Positions 9,162 through 18,995 are shown, counted from the first letter of the stretch. The stretch: 33,142 bases of DNA from a virus (IMGVR_UViG_3300025381_000061:1-33142); one strand, 5' to 3'. Notes: generated by a model not told the origin, from the sequence alone. Program-made: numbers and translations.

Positions 9162-9917
9162 TTAACGTTGGATTTCCTGAGCAGCCACCACAAAGTCCAA
9201 AGACAACGTTTCGGTTGTCACAGGGGTGATCGCAAAGTAAGGAGTCATGACCGAGTTGGTCAAGGTGGTTGCCGAAGAACCGATGGTAGGCGAAGCAACA
9301 CGTGCGGCCAACTGGTCAGCAATAAAGATTTCCAGGTCAGTGCCGTTGTAGACAAAGCCGACGTCCAAAGCGGTTCCGCTGGTGATGGTGGCCAGGTTGC
9401 TCACCAAGGTGGTAGCAGTGCCGCCAACGGTCGAAACTAGGCTCAAAGAAGTCGAACCGGCAGCCTTTTTGATCAGCAAGCTGTTGTTGGTCGACACAGT
9501 GCCACCGCTCGATGCAATCAAGCCCATAGACAGGACTTGGGTTGCAGAGGCAACAGCAGAGCACTTGAAGTTGGTTTCAAACCACAGCTTTTGGCCAGCG
9601 ATGAACTGGAAACCAGCGCTGGCTTGGTATGCAGCAGTTGCAGTGCCAGAACCACCGGGGGTAATGACGCCCACGCCGCCCAAAGCGTCGCTGGTGGCCA
9701 AGGTGGAGCTTGTGCCAGTCACGGTCCAGCCGTTGTCTTTCACGAAAAAATCGGTGTAGTAGGTGGCCACAGCATACCAGTTGGTCTGGTTGATGGGGTC
9801 AGTCAGGGGGTTAGAGCTCGAGCGAACGGGGCTCGGCATGGGGTAAGAAGCAAGGGTGCGACCTTGAGGCTGAGTTGAAATGCCGTAGGTCAGTTTGGTT
9901 GCGTATCCAGAACTCAT
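9162..9917 (-). CDS. Putative capsid-associated/decoration protein, beta-rich
   Basis: 251 aa Ser/Thr/Ala-rich; strong AAGGAG RBS; first gene after the capsid terminator. Confidence 0.6.
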   Translation of the reverse strand: MSSGYATKLTYGISTQPQGRTLASYPMPSPVRSSSNPLTDPINQTNWYAVATYYTDFFVKDNGWTVTGTSSTLATSDALGGVGVITPGGSGTATAAYQASAGFQFIAGQKLWFETNFKCSAVASATQVLSMGLIASSGGTVSTNNSLLIKKAAGSTSLSLVSTVGGTATTLVSNLATITSGTALDVGFVYNGTDLEIFIADQLAARVASPTIGSSATTLTNSVMTPYFAITPVTTETLSLDFVVAAQEIQR

Positions 9918-9966
9918 TTGTAATCTCCTTTACGTTTGAGTCGGTTGTGGCGATGTGCCTTGCGCG

Positions 9967-9994
9967 ATTGTAGAGAATTTCCAGCGTTATGCAA
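9967..9994 (-). promoter_or_regulatory. Putative sigma70-type promoter for post-capsid genes
   Basis: Minus strand TTGCAT-16 bp-TACAAT just downstream of the capsid terminator. Confidence 0.45.
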
Positions 9995-10001
9995 GAACAA
10001 T

Positions 10002-10027
10002 AAAAAAGCCCGGCGAACCGGGCTTTT
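10002..10027 (-). terminator. Intrinsic terminator after major capsid (potentially bidirectional)
   Basis: AAAAAAGCCCGG-CGAA-CCGGGCTTTT; TTCG loop and U6 tract on the minus strand. Confidence 0.9.
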
Positions 10028-10046
10028 CGATAGATCAGGTGATCTA

Positions 10047-10964
10047 TTAGGGTCCGTTAGAACCGAAGATACCACGGGGGTCCGAAGCACCGACGCTGAA
10101 GCGCATGTAAGTAGCGGCTTTGGCGTTTTTGGTGTCGAAATCGTTGTCTTGGTCGAACATGGGACGATCGCGCCAGAACATTTGCATACCGTTGGGGCAG
10201 TTGGTACGAATGAACCAAGCGTGCGGGGCGGTGAAGTAATGGTTCAGCTTGATGCCTTTGGGGAAAGCGTTCACGGCCTTCAACACGTTAATGTTGTTGT
10301 TGGCAGTGTTCGATTGCAACACAGACTTCAAGATGCGGTTGGCGTTGTAGAACTCTTGGCGAGGAATGTGCAGCGACTCAGGCATGATGTTGATCAACAG
10401 ACCGCGATCATTTTGAGTGCCCATGATTTGAATGGTCAAATCTTCCAGAGCGGCTTCCGACAAGTCGGCAGCGGGGCTCAGTGCGTTCGAATACGTACCG
10501 CCAGTTGCGTTGACGTGGTTGGTCGAAACCAAAGCAGCGCCGTCGGCAGTGGTGTAGTAGGTGGTGCTGAATGCGTTGTTGTACAAGAAAGCAGCAGCGT
10601 TTTCGATCGTTTGGTTGATCGAGAAGGCGTTGGCTTTTGCACGACGCATAGAGACTTCTTCGTACAAGTTGTCGCGCAATTCTTCGTAGGTCACGATGTA
10701 GCCCAGTGCGTAAGCAACGTGGGTGTAGGTCGTAACGATACCTTGAATTTCCGAGTCGTATTGAATCGGAGCGCCTTGGGCTTTGACGGGAGCCAATCCA
10801 AAGCCGGTAACTTCAACATCTTGCTCGTATGCCTTGTCGGAATCGAGTTCGTTGTAGAGGTCGCCGTATTCTTTGGCGTGCTCAGCGTAAATCTGACCCC
10901 AAATTGCATGAATCCCTGGCCAAAGTAGCTTCGGGTGTGTACCTGTGTTAATGACGCCTGCCAT
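10047..10964 (-). CDS. Major capsid protein (HK97 fold expected)
   Basis: 305 aa; KLLWPG, GFGLAPVK.QGAPIQYD, DGAALVSTNH, NHYFT.PHAWFIRT, DPRGIFGS motifs; AGGAG RBS; followed by a terminator. Confidence 0.9.
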   Translation of the reverse strand: MAGVINTGTHPKLLWPGIHAIWGQIYAEHAKEYGDLYNELDSDKAYEQDVEVTGFGLAPVKAQGAPIQYDSEIQGIVTTYTHVAYALGYIVTYEELRDNLYEEVSMRRAKANAFSINQTIENAAAFLYNNAFSTTYYTTADGAALVSTNHVNATGGTYSNALSPAADLSEAALEDLTIQIMGTQNDRGLLINIMPESLHIPRQEFYNANRILKSVLQSNTANNNINVLKAVNAFPKGIKLNHYFTAPHAWFIRTNCPNGMQMFWRDRPMFDQDNDFDTKNAKAATYMRFSVGASDPRGIFGSNGP

Positions 10965-10982
10965 GGTACTCTCCTTTCTTTA

Positions 10983-11597
10983 TTAGATGCCAGCGGTACC
11001 GGTGCCGGTGCCGTAGACGTGGTTGTTGATCTTGCAAAGCACCTTGGCGTAGTTGCCAAAAGCGTTATTGGAAGTACGAGTCAGGCCCATCAGCTTCAAT
11101 TGCAAGGTTGCGCCGTTACCAGCAGTGCTTGGATCAAGCTGCCAGCCAGACAAGTAACCGTTGCCAGTGCCAGACAACAAGTTGGCGTTTTGGCCAATGT
11201 TGGAAGCAGCCAAAGGAGTACCGCCGTTGCCAGAATCCTGAACTTCAAAGATGATGTTTGGATCGTCAGCAACCATGACATACCAGGGGTTGGTATTGCC
11301 ATCGCCACCAGCAGGGTAGTAAATGATGTTCAGGTTGTTGGGGTTAGCGATCAGACTCTCATAACGTCCAACGCCGACCACAGCACCAATGATTGCATTA
11401 CCAGTGCCAGCAGTAGCCAAAGTAACACCAGCCACACCGTTCGTGTCGGACGTGCCAGACAAGGTTACGGGGTCACCGATATACAAGGAAGTGCCATAGT
11501 TATAAGCGACGCTATACAAGCGCGCTTGCCCGCTCCAGGGGGAGCCGTTCAGGTACTGTACGGGCGACAGACCAGCCGGTTTATTTACGTTTGCCAT
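10983..11597 (-). CDS. Head decoration / minor capsid protein
   Basis: MANVNKPAGLSPV...IGDPV...VADDPNIIFEVQ; directly upstream of capsid; GGAG RBS before ATG 11597. Confidence 0.65.
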   Translation of the reverse strand: MANVNKPAGLSPVQYLNGSPWSGQARLYSVAYNYGTSLYIGDPVTLSGTSDTNGVAGVTLATAGTGNAIIGAVVGVGRYESLIANPNNLNIIYYPAGGDGNTNPWYVMVADDPNIIFEVQDSGNGGTPLAASNIGQNANLLSGTGNGYLSGWQLDPSTAGNGATLQLKLMGLTRTSNNAFGNYAKVLCKINNHVYGTGTGTAGI

Positions 11598-11630
11598 TAA
11601 ATTCTCCAATACAGAAGATGGACACTCCGA

Positions 11631-12161
11631 TTATGCTTGACGCCGCTTCGGAGTAAACATGTTTGCCACCGCTTTACGATTGGCTTCTGGAACGTAGCGG
11701 TTATCAGACCCATTCGGGTTGCCACCAACATCCCCACCACCGCGCAGCGTTGACGCGATTTGCTCATTTTTTGACTCAAGTGCTTGCTGATCTTCTTCCC
11801 AGTATTCGAGTGGGATTTTCATCAAATACAAGCGTTGTTCTTTGCCGTCTTCGCCAGTATCGCTACCCGCAACAAGACTGACTCGACTGCCCATGTCTGT
11901 ATTTCCGTTTTTGGAGGCATCATCGGCTAAGCCGGTGTTTACTACATCCACCTCATCGGATTCGACAAAAGTGTACCCGCCTTTCATCGCTTGTGCAATA
12001 CGTGATGGAGTGCCCATCATCCAGTGCAAGTGATAGCCAGGAATTTCAGGGACCGACAGCTTGAGCTGCGCGGTCGACATCGGGATACGTTTTTTGTCTA
12101 CTGCGGACTTCTCAAATGAATTTGCCGGATTCTGGGCGGCTTTGTGATTGCGGACTTGCAT
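11631..12161 (-). CDS. Conserved head-module hypothetical protein
   Basis: IPGYHLHW...GGYTFV...LYLMKIPLEYWEEDQ; between scaffold and decoration genes. Confidence 0.7.
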   Translation of the reverse strand: MQVRNHKAAQNPANSFEKSAVDKKRIPMSTAQLKLSVPEIPGYHLHWMMGTPSRIAQAMKGGYTFVESDEVDVVNTGLADDASKNGNTDMGSRVSLVAGSDTGEDGKEQRLYLMKIPLEYWEEDQQALESKNEQIASTLRGGGDVGGNPNGSDNRYVPEANRKAVANMFTPKRRQA

Positions 12162-12163
12162 GA

Positions 12164-12988
12164 TTAAGCTCCTTGGAAATACAGATTAGCGTAATAGCTG
12201 CGCCATGCAGCCATGTCTTTGAAGGCACGACCCTCGCCGACCAATTTTTTACCCTGACGATCGCAGGTCTCTTTGGCGTCAGCAGGCAAATCGCTGAACG
12301 ACTTACCACCGCCGCCGCTGGCTCCAGAAGTCTCGCTGGAACGTGCACCACCGACTTTGTCGGCGCGCGGAGCACGGCCCTCGAGCTCTTGAAGCACGCG
12401 ATCAAAAAAAGCGCGACCTTGCAAGTTATCGTTTTCAGGGTCAGAACGCAAGACCTGGGCGATGCCCATGGCCTTTTGGGTTTTACGCTGATCTGTACCA
12501 AACCAGGTGTTCTCACTCATCCAAGCAGCCAAATCGGGGTGCATTTGCTCTTGCTGCGCGGGTACAGCAGCTTGAGGGGCTTGGGGCGTGGGCGCAGCTG
12601 CTTGGTTCTTCAGCTCTTGAAGTTCCTCTTGCAGCGCGATTTCACGGTCCACATCACCGTCGATTTTGGCTTGCTTCAGTTCAGCCATGACCTCGCGGCG
12701 TGCCTTTTCGACAGCTGCTTTGGTGGCATCGGCATGGACTTTTTGAAGTTCAGTTATGGACTCCTGGGAAGCGCTAAACAGATTTTTCATCTTGTTCAAC
12801 TCTTCAGCCTGCTGTTTCACGAGCGTTTCAAGGCGCTCGTTGTTCTTACGCAGGATGGGCATCACAGTGTGACCGCGCTCCACGAAAGTATCAGCGTCAA
12901 CCCAGCGATTAGGATCTCCCTTGAACTCTTCTTGCGGAACCCAGCCCAGTGTACGGGCTTCTTGCTCGACGTTCACTTCACCTTCCAT
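12164..12988 (-). CDS. Capsid scaffolding protein
   Basis: EARTLGWVPQEEF.G...WVDADTFV, long coiled coil, W.SEN.WFG; position upstream of capsid. Confidence 0.7.
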   Translation of the reverse strand: MEGEVNVEQEARTLGWVPQEEFKGDPNRWVDADTFVERGHTVMPILRKNNERLETLVKQQAEELNKMKNLFSASQESITELQKVHADATKAAVEKARREVMAELKQAKIDGDVDREIALQEELQELKNQAAAPTPQAPQAAVPAQQEQMHPDLAAWMSENTWFGTDQRKTQKAMGIAQVLRSDPENDNLQGRAFFDRVLQELEGRAPRADKVGGARSSETSGASGGGGKSFSDLPADAKETCDRQGKKLVGEGRAFKDMAAWRSYYANLYFQGA

Positions 12989-12990
12989 GA

Positions 12991-13302
12991 TTATTTCTCC
13001 CCAGTGATCTTGCAGAAAATATCGCGGTCATTGACCAACCGATAGCGCTTGCCATCGAGTGGGCCGGTGGCCATGTAGCCTGACATTTTGGCAATCAATA
13101 CCTTGTCGCCAGGGGCTGCACGTGCGGGTTCGTCAGGCCAACAGGCGGGGCCTATCTCCACGACGATGGCGCGTTGTTCAACCATCAAAGTTCGGTCTTG
13201 AACGAAGTCAGGGATCTCGATCAACGAGTCCTTTTTCTCCGGCTCATAGTGTTTGATCAACACTGCACGGCCCAAAGGGGCCAAACCACTTTCATTCTGC
13301 AT
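12991..13302 (-). CDS. groES: GroES-like co-chaperonin (Cpn10)
   Basis: LAPLGRAVLIK...IEIPD...AIVVEIGP...PGDKVL..K.SG...GKRYRLVNDRDIFC matches the Cpn10 pattern. Confidence 0.8.
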   Translation of the reverse strand: MQNESGLAPLGRAVLIKHYEPEKKDSLIEIPDFVQDRTLMVEQRAIVVEIGPACWPDEPARAAPGDKVLIAKMSGYMATGPLDGKRYRLVNDRDIFCKITGEK

Positions 13303-13540
13303 TTTCTAACTCTCCTTCAAGTTGCTCATACTCAATACCGATCATTCGATCGATGGCTTCACAGTTCCCGATTGCTTTCGCATTCGAGATCGCTGTTGCG
13401 AACTGGGACTGGTCCGTAAACGCACCAGACGCCCATTGATCCTTTAACTCAGACTGCCATGCTCGCAGGATTTTGTGCAGAGCTTTGGTGCACGGGTGTT
13501 CCCTCCACTCTTTCCATTCCTGCTCGTGAGGTAGTTTCAT
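13292..13540 (-). CDS. Hypothetical head-module protein
   Basis: 82 aa, EWKEWREHPCTK; GGAG RBS; 5' end overlaps the portal 3' end by 92 bp. Confidence 0.7.
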   Translation of the reverse strand: MKLPHEQEWKEWREHPCTKALHKILRAWQSELKDQWASGAFTDQSQFATAISNAKAIGNCEAIDRMIGIEYEQLEGELENAE

Positions 13541-15536
13541 TTGGCTGCTCCATTGACTTCATCATTAACTCAGCACGCGAGCGCAAAGACTCGTCGTGCA
13601 CCTTCAGAGCACCGATTGCCGCCTCGAACGCAGCAATCTGGTGACCTGTCTCCACGCCGCCTGCATCGGCGATCAGTTTGGCGGCCTGAGCCTCCAACTG
13701 AAGTATCTTTGCCGAGTTCAAACGTCGTTGTTCCATCAAATCGGCGGTGAATTTCTGCATATCGGCCTGTAACTTCATTTGGCTCATTTGCAGCTTCATT
13801 TCCTCGACTTGAACCTTTGGATTCTTCGGGGGCGGCATTTTTTCTGGACCAGGGTAGTACACCTGCCAGGCATCGATGTGCAGCGCCTTCAGATAATTTT
13901 GTTCCACTTCCACCAAGTTGTAGCCAGGCGTGCTCATGGCGGCCTGTTTCAAGGCCATGGCCTGCTGCATACGTTGACGATCGGACGTGACGTTGGGGTC
14001 GGCGACCGGAGAGATCCGGTTTGGGTCGCCTTGGTAGTCTTCGCGCAGGACTTTCATCTCGGCGTCGCCAAAAACGGTCACTGTGGGCAGGAAAATCGAG
14101 TTCAGGCGGTACAGTTTCTTGTACTCTTCCTTCATCGAACGCCACACACGCTTGTAGATGGCGTTGTAGATCCGCAAACCCTCTTCAACCATGGTCTGAG
14201 TGGTCGTAGCGGGGGTGTTTTGGCCAGGATTTTCGCCTGCCAGGGTGTCTGTTGAGCCCGAAATGCGCTGTGTGTAGTTGATGAGCAGCGACAAGAGCTG
14301 CAACAGCACGTTTGAGGGCTCTCTGACGGGCAGAGGGAAGATATTTTTCCGCAAATCGTCGCCTGTAGAGTCCACACGCTTCCATTCCAAGGGTGCAAAG
14401 GTGTATTGACCGCCTCGGATCTTGGCTCCGCGGCCCAAGAAGCCGCCGCCAGAATTGCTCATCGTGCCAGCGTCGATCAACTGGTTCAAAATCGAGTTCA
14501 CGGACTCATTCAATGGGCCCAGCAGCACGCCAAAGCCGATGTCGTAGACGCCGCCGTCCGGGCTGGGGATGAAACCGTACTTCGTGAAGTACTCTGTCGG
14601 CATGATCCGAACAATTTCACCCTTGTAGTTCTTGACAATCTGCTTCATGTCGTCCACACGAGACACGATACGCAGCACAGCGCGCGATTGGTACTCGATG
14701 GTGACGATGTAGGGCTCTTTGTAGCCGTCCTTGTCCAGGTCCATCCACATGTGCTGCTCGAGCATTGTGTAAGGAGTGCTGTCGTCGGTCATGGGAGGGT
14801 TCAGACCGTTGCGGTTGTCCTTGTAGACAGTGTCCCGATCGGTCAGGGGGACCGCAAAGCTCTTGTACCAGTTCTCTTCGCGCACGTCGCAATACACGCC
14901 GGTCATGATTTTCTCATGGATCTCGTTGCGGTACATGGGGATGATGTGGGTCTTACGGGCGCAGTCCTCCACGCTCTTGGCGTAGTAGTCCATCACCATG
15001 TCCTGGGCCATCACCAGATCGGACACGTTATGGCCTTTGAGGCCGCTGTGGTAAGTTTTCTTGAACGCGCAACCTACGATTGGGATGTTGATCAGCAGAC
15101 GATCGTGCTGTTCTTCCCAAGACTGATCTTCTTCCAGCAGCTGGTAACTCATGTGCGCGCCGATACGGCGGCAACGCTGCATCTCGATGCCTTGAGGGTC
15201 GTCACCGTGGGGGCGATACTTGACAATCTCGGGGCCGTTCAGGATCGTTGGGTAGGCGCGCGAGTGGAACTGCATTGTCGCAATGGTGACAAGCGGGAAC
15301 GCGACGTTGGCGCAACCGGCCCAAGGGAAGTTCTTGTCTTTCGAGATCTGCATGGCCAGGTCCATAGCGGCTTGGGTGCGCTTTTTCCACTTCATGCGGG
15401 ACTCTTCGTCGCGCTGGTAGCCTTCAAAGATGTTGACGCCCAGGGCTTTGAGCTCGTCCTCGGCAAACAACTCGGCAAGGTTGGGCGACTGAATGGTCTT
15501 CTCGTCGAGCTTGATCTTGGTTTGAAATTCCATCAT
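13449..15536 (-). CDS. Portal protein
   Basis: 695 aa directly after TerL; KNFPWAGCANV..P, GCAFKKTY, NQLIDAGT, C-terminal coiled-coil barrel as in P22-like portals. Confidence 0.9.
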   Translation of the reverse strand: MMEFQTKIKLDEKTIQSPNLAELFAEDELKALGVNIFEGYQRDEESRMKWKKRTQAAMDLAMQISKDKNFPWAGCANVAFPLVTIATMQFHSRAYPTILNGPEIVKYRPHGDDPQGIEMQRCRRIGAHMSYQLLEEDQSWEEQHDRLLINIPIVGCAFKKTYHSGLKGHNVSDLVMAQDMVMDYYAKSVEDCARKTHIIPMYRNEIHEKIMTGVYCDVREENWYKSFAVPLTDRDTVYKDNRNGLNPPMTDDSTPYTMLEQHMWMDLDKDGYKEPYIVTIEYQSRAVLRIVSRVDDMKQIVKNYKGEIVRIMPTEYFTKYGFIPSPDGGVYDIGFGVLLGPLNESVNSILNQLIDAGTMSNSGGGFLGRGAKIRGGQYTFAPLEWKRVDSTGDDLRKNIFPLPVREPSNVLLQLLSLLINYTQRISGSTDTLAGENPGQNTPATTTQTMVEEGLRIYNAIYKRVWRSMKEEYKKLYRLNSIFLPTVTVFGDAEMKVLREDYQGDPNRISPVADPNVTSDRQRMQQAMALKQAAMSTPGYNLVEVEQNYLKALHIDAWQVYYPGPEKMPPPKNPKVQVEEMKLQMSQMKLQADMQKFTADLMEQRRLNSAKILQLEAQAAKLIADAGGVETGHQIAAFEAAIGALKVHDESLRSRAELMMKSMEQPNETTSRAGMERVEGTPVHQSSAQNPASMAV

Positions 15537-15547
15537 GTTGAAACCTT

Positions 15548-17017
15548 TCAGTAGCCGGTCACTTTAGAGCGGCCCATTGTACGTTTAGGACTGTTGCTGC
15601 GCGCTTCAATCTCTTCGTCATCGTAAAAATCTTCTTCCTCGAGTTCGGACATGGTCTCGAACCCCTTGACGAGGAGCGCGGTGGAGTCGAACTGGTCATC
15701 CTGCGCGGCGTCGCTAAAACCCGTGAAGCGCAGCAGCTCGTTCTCGTAGGTCGGATACCAGGACGCATCTTTGTCGTACTTCACGCCGCCAGCGCGCATG
15801 TGTTTCTGGAGTGGGCGGCCGCGAGTCGCTTTGTCGCGGGTGGGCAGAATCGGCTGGCAGTTGATCCAGCGGTCGCGCACCTGCATCTCTTTGTAGAGGG
15901 TCGGGGCCACGCTTTTCCAGATCACGCCGTCTTCAACAAAGAATACGGCCGGGTTCCAGCGCTTTTGGATCGAGAACATCTCGTTGATCCACTCGAGTGT
16001 GTCCCACCGGCCCAGGCGCTGGTCGACCACATGGATGAAGTTCTCCACGCACTTGCCGCCCACGGTGAACGAGGTGCGGTTGGCCTTGTCTTTCTTCGAC
16101 ACGGCGAAGTCACACCCGACGGCGTAAATCTTTTCGCGGTCGTGGTCGCTCTCGTCCATGGGCAAGAAGTCGTCGCTCCGCAGGTACGCCTCGGAGTTGT
16201 CCATCGGGTCGTTTAGGTACTCCTGCGAGTAGCCGCCGGCGTCGCCCTGCTCGATGTAGTCTTGCCGGATGGACTTGAGCCGCTCCTCAGAAAACTGTTC
16301 CGGCCACAGGATCTCGGTGAAGTCGTCGAACCCGTTGTGGGCCTTGTACAGCTTGGAGGTCCAGGTCTTGGCCTTCATGAGCTTGGCCAGCAACGAGTCC
16401 TCGTGCAGGATCGTGCCGTGCACACGGACGACACCACCGCGGCGACGGGTGGGGAGCACGGCGCGCAGGAACCAGCGTTGAAAGCGGTCGCGCGAATCCT
16501 TGTTCTCGATTTGGGCGTCGTCTTCCAAGTCATCGCAGACGATCAGGCCGGGCCGCTTGCCGTTCCACTTCAGACCCCGCATCTTTTGTCCCGAGCCCTT
16601 GGCGATGATCCGGCACTGGTGGCCGTCTTGGAACTCGACAACGATGTCGGTCTTCATGTCGACCGTGAACGCCTTGATCTTAAACTGAGCGATCAGGTCG
16701 TCGTTCTCCCTGAGTTCTTTGGCGATGTCAGCCAAGTGGCTCATGGCCAGGTCTTCTGTGGCCGACACGATGACGATGAAGTCCTGCTCGCGAAACAGGG
16801 TCACGGCCAGCACGTAGTCGTGGGTGAGCGCGGTGCTCTTGGCATGACTACGGGGAGCGGCCACGGCGCAGAGCTCCGAGTCACCGCAGTACATGCCCCA
16901 GCACTCCCGGTGGAACTCAGGAGTCGGCTGGGGGTTGTCGTACATGGGTGACAGGAACGTGCCAGCGAACGCCTCGATCAGTGGGGCGCTCAGCTTGACA
17001 CGGTTCACTGCTGACAT
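15548..17017 (-). CDS. terL: Terminase large subunit
   Basis: Walker A APRSHAKST, Walker B IVCDDLED, GTILHEDS, nuclease GCDFA and DDQFDS. Confidence 0.95.
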   Translation of the reverse strand: MSAVNRVKLSAPLIEAFAGTFLSPMYDNPQPTPEFHRECWGMYCGDSELCAVAAPRSHAKSTALTHDYVLAVTLFREQDFIVIVSATEDLAMSHLADIAKELRENDDLIAQFKIKAFTVDMKTDIVVEFQDGHQCRIIAKGSGQKMRGLKWNGKRPGLIVCDDLEDDAQIENKDSRDRFQRWFLRAVLPTRRRGGVVRVHGTILHEDSLLAKLMKAKTWTSKLYKAHNGFDDFTEILWPEQFSEERLKSIRQDYIEQGDAGGYSQEYLNDPMDNSEAYLRSDDFLPMDESDHDREKIYAVGCDFAVSKKDKANRTSFTVGGKCVENFIHVVDQRLGRWDTLEWINEMFSIQKRWNPAVFFVEDGVIWKSVAPTLYKEMQVRDRWINCQPILPTRDKATRGRPLQKHMRAGGVKYDKDASWYPTYENELLRFTGFSDAAQDDQFDSTALLVKGFETMSELEEEDFYDDEEIEARSNSPKRTMGRSKVTGY

Positions 17018-17199
17018 TAGGCTGCCTTCTTAAACACCGGAAACCCAGTGTTCTGACTGGGGGCTGCTTTGCCCTTGAGCACCCACTCGAGTGCTTCAAT
17101 CGCGCCTTGGGCGTAGAGCGCTGCGGTCTCACCCTTTAGCTCGTGGAGCTTCTCGATCTCGGTGACCAAGGTCTTGATGGGCACTTCGACGCAGATCAT
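17017..17199 (-). CDS. Small hypothetical protein (60 aa)
   Basis: MICVEVPIK...QGAIEALEWVL; ATG 17199 overlaps the upstream stop; stop overlaps the TerL start. Confidence 0.6.
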   Translation of the reverse strand: MICVEVPIKTLVTEIEKLHELKGETAALYAQGAIEALEWVLKGKAAPSQNTGFPVFKKAA

Positions 17200-17504
17200 G
17201 GTGTGCTCACGATGGCGAGATATGTCTGGATGATGGGCGAGTTGCCAAGGCTTGTTTGAGCCTGGCAGGTGAGCAAATAGATCGTGCCCTCCACGCCGCC
17301 CGTCACCTTCTGGTACACCTGACTCGGGGCAGTGATACTGACCGAGCTGATCACAGCCGAAGGTGTCGAGTCGTTGCCGCTCCACACTGTGGCCGTGGTC
17401 GCAGCGCTTGAGACCGTTTCACCGGTTTGAAGCTGAGACAGAAAGTCAAACAGAATTGTCTGAGTCGCTGCCTGAGCTTTAGGTGGGATGACGATCTGGC
17501 TCAT
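17196..17504 (-). CDS. Putative fibre-tail adaptor-like Ig-fold small protein
   Basis: K...TILFDF...L.TGETVSSA...[18 protein letters not shown] pattern. Confidence 0.55.
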   Translation of the reverse strand: MSQIVIPPKAQAATQTILFDFLSQLQTGETVSSAATTATVWSGNDSTPSAVISSVSITAPSQVYQKVTGGVEGTIYLLTCQAQTSLGNSPIIQTYLAIVSTP

Positions 17505-17674
17505 CGGCTGCGACCTGCCGCGCGCTTCATGGGCTTAGCGGCAATCTTGGCCCCGCTCTTACGAGCCTGGGACAGTGACGCAGCGACTGCCTGCTTCTGA
17601 GGGTAACCGTGTTTCATCATTTCATTGATGTTTTTTGACACGGTTTCTTTGGACTTACCTTTTTTCAGAGGCAT
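17501..17674 (-). CDS. Small basic protein (57 aa)
   Basis: [41 protein letters not shown]...; AGGAG RBS; ATGA coupling to the next gene; below the ORF-track cutoff. Confidence 0.8.
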   Translation of the reverse strand: MPLKKGKSKETVSKNINEMMKHGYPQKQAVAASLSQARKSGAKIAAKPMKRAAGRSR

Positions 17675-17684
17675 GGTGTTCTCC

Positions 17685-18140
17685 TTAGAGGATCTTCTTC
17701 AGCCGGGCAAACAGGTCGTCGATGTTCTCCATCAGGTGGACGAAGAATGTCTTTTGGTGATGGTGAGGTGCAGCCTCGTTCATGTCAGCCAGCCAGCTCT
17801 TCACTTCAGTGGCGACAGGGTGCTCGGGTTCTACAACGGGAGCAGGAGCAGGTGCTTCAACGGGTGCAGGTGCTTCAACTGGAGCAGCCTCAACTGGAGC
17901 AGCCTCAACTGGAGCAGCAGCCACGGGCTCACTGGACGACGGTGCAGCATCAGCTACAGGTGCGGGTGCAGGAACATCCACAGGAGCAGCAGCCACGGGA
18001 GCGTCAACCACAGGAGTGGGATCAGCAGCAGGAGTAGCAGCAGGAGCTGGATCAGCAGGAGCTGCGGCTTCAACAACAGCATCCACAGGGGCCGCAGGAA
18101 TAGTCTCAACGGCTTCAACGGTTTGGTCAATATCGCTCAT
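17685..18140 (-). CDS. Ala/Pro-rich low-complexity protein
   Basis: [12 protein letters not shown]...(PVEAA)n; start reassigned to ATG 18140. Confidence 0.7.
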   Translation of the reverse strand: MSDIDQTVEAVETIPAAPVDAVVEAAAPADPAPAATPAADPTPVVDAPVAAAPVDVPAPAPVADAAPSSSEPVAAAPVEAAPVEAAPVEAPAPVEAPAPAPVVEPEHPVATEVKSWLADMNEAAPHHHQKTFFVHLMENIDDLFARLKKIL

Positions 18141-18144
18141 TTGT

Positions 18145-18381
18145 TTACCCCAGTGCCATACGGTGGTGTTGACGAACAGCATCGGCGTCGGTGGGCTCGT
18201 ACTGCTGGTTCATCGGGTTGACGTTCATGATGTTCGACGACTTACCGGCCTGGTACGCCATACCTGCCTTATCAGCGGGGTAGCGCACAGCTGGGCCCTG
18301 TGGGGGCTTGGTCGTCTTTGCCGGTTTTTGGTTGGCCATGCCCTTGACGGGTGTTGCCATCATCTTACTTTGCTTCGACAT
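18145..18381 (-). CDS. Small basic hypothetical protein
   Basis: 78 aa (start could be 18363); in-operon position. Confidence 0.6.
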   Translation of the reverse strand: MSKQSKMMATPVKGMANQKPAKTTKPPQGPAVRYPADKAGMAYQAGKSSNIMNVNPMNQQYEPTDADAVRQHHRMALG

Positions 18382-18943
18382 CGATAGCTCCTGAGTTATC
18401 TCGTGGACGGAGCGCCACGAGTCGCTTAGCGAGATTATCTAGGTGATTGCTCTCGATGACAACTGCCGCCGCTTTGGCCTGGCCCATCCCCATCGCTTTA
18501 GTCGAAACCTCCAGCGCCTTAAGCACCAAATTGTCCGACACCTGATCTGCCGATTTACTGAGCTTCTCGTGGATGACGTCCAGGGAGCGGTTGACTACCG
18601 CCTGGAGTCTCTCCTCCGTGGACGCAATGATGATCGGGTTGATCACCTCGTCGCGGCGCTTCTCGAGCAGTCGCTTAAACGCAACACTGTTGATGATCAG
18701 GTTGGTCCACGAGGGGCTAAGCCCATACTGCTCACCCAGCTCCGCAGTAGTCATTTCAGGACGAGCAAGGATCGTGTCCACCATCGCTCGGTGAACATTG
18801 TTCAAAACCTTGGGACCTTTGGGAGGGACTGGCGCAATCTGCTTCATCGGCAAATCGAGGTCCAGATCCGGCACATTGAATTGTGGCGCAGATAAAAAAT
18901 CCGGCAGGTCCGTGGTCGACTGATTAACTTGGGTGTCTTCCAT
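18365..18943 (-). CDS. Probable terminase small subunit (HTH protein)
   Basis: HTH-like HRAMVDTILARPEMTTAELGEQYGLSPSWTNLIINSVAFK followed by a helical region; first gene of the late operon upstream of TerL. Confidence 0.6.
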   Translation of the reverse strand: MEDTQVNQSTTDLPDFLSAPQFNVPDLDLDLPMKQIAPVPPKGPKVLNNVHRAMVDTILARPEMTTAELGEQYGLSPSWTNLIINSVAFKRLLEKRRDEVINPIIIASTEERLQAVVNRSLDVIHEKLSKSADQVSDNLVLKALEVSTKAMGMGQAKAAAVVIESNHLDNLAKRLVALRPRDNSGAIDVEAK

Positions 18944-18950
18944 GTCCGCG

Positions 18951-18978
18951 AGTTTAGTTCGAGTTTGCTGCTTGTCAA
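18951..18978 (-). promoter_or_regulatory. Putative sigma70-type late-operon promoter, near-leaderless
   Basis: Minus strand TTGACA(18978-18973)-16 bp-TAAACT(18956-18951), 7 bp before ATG 18943. Confidence 0.55.
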
Positions 18979-18995
18979 CAGGTTTTTATTTTGTC

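Noticed and set aside
9936-10928. 330-aa plus-strand ORF (also 12173-13045, 14406-15554, and minus-strand 26012-26887, 29264-29971)
   Set aside because: Antisense shadows of real genes caused by biased codon use; no RBS or recognisable motifs.
17860-18070. 15-bp tandem repeats (GCAGCCTCAACTGGA) as a DNA element
   Set aside because: In-frame and fully explained by PVEAA/APAP repeats of the low-complexity protein.
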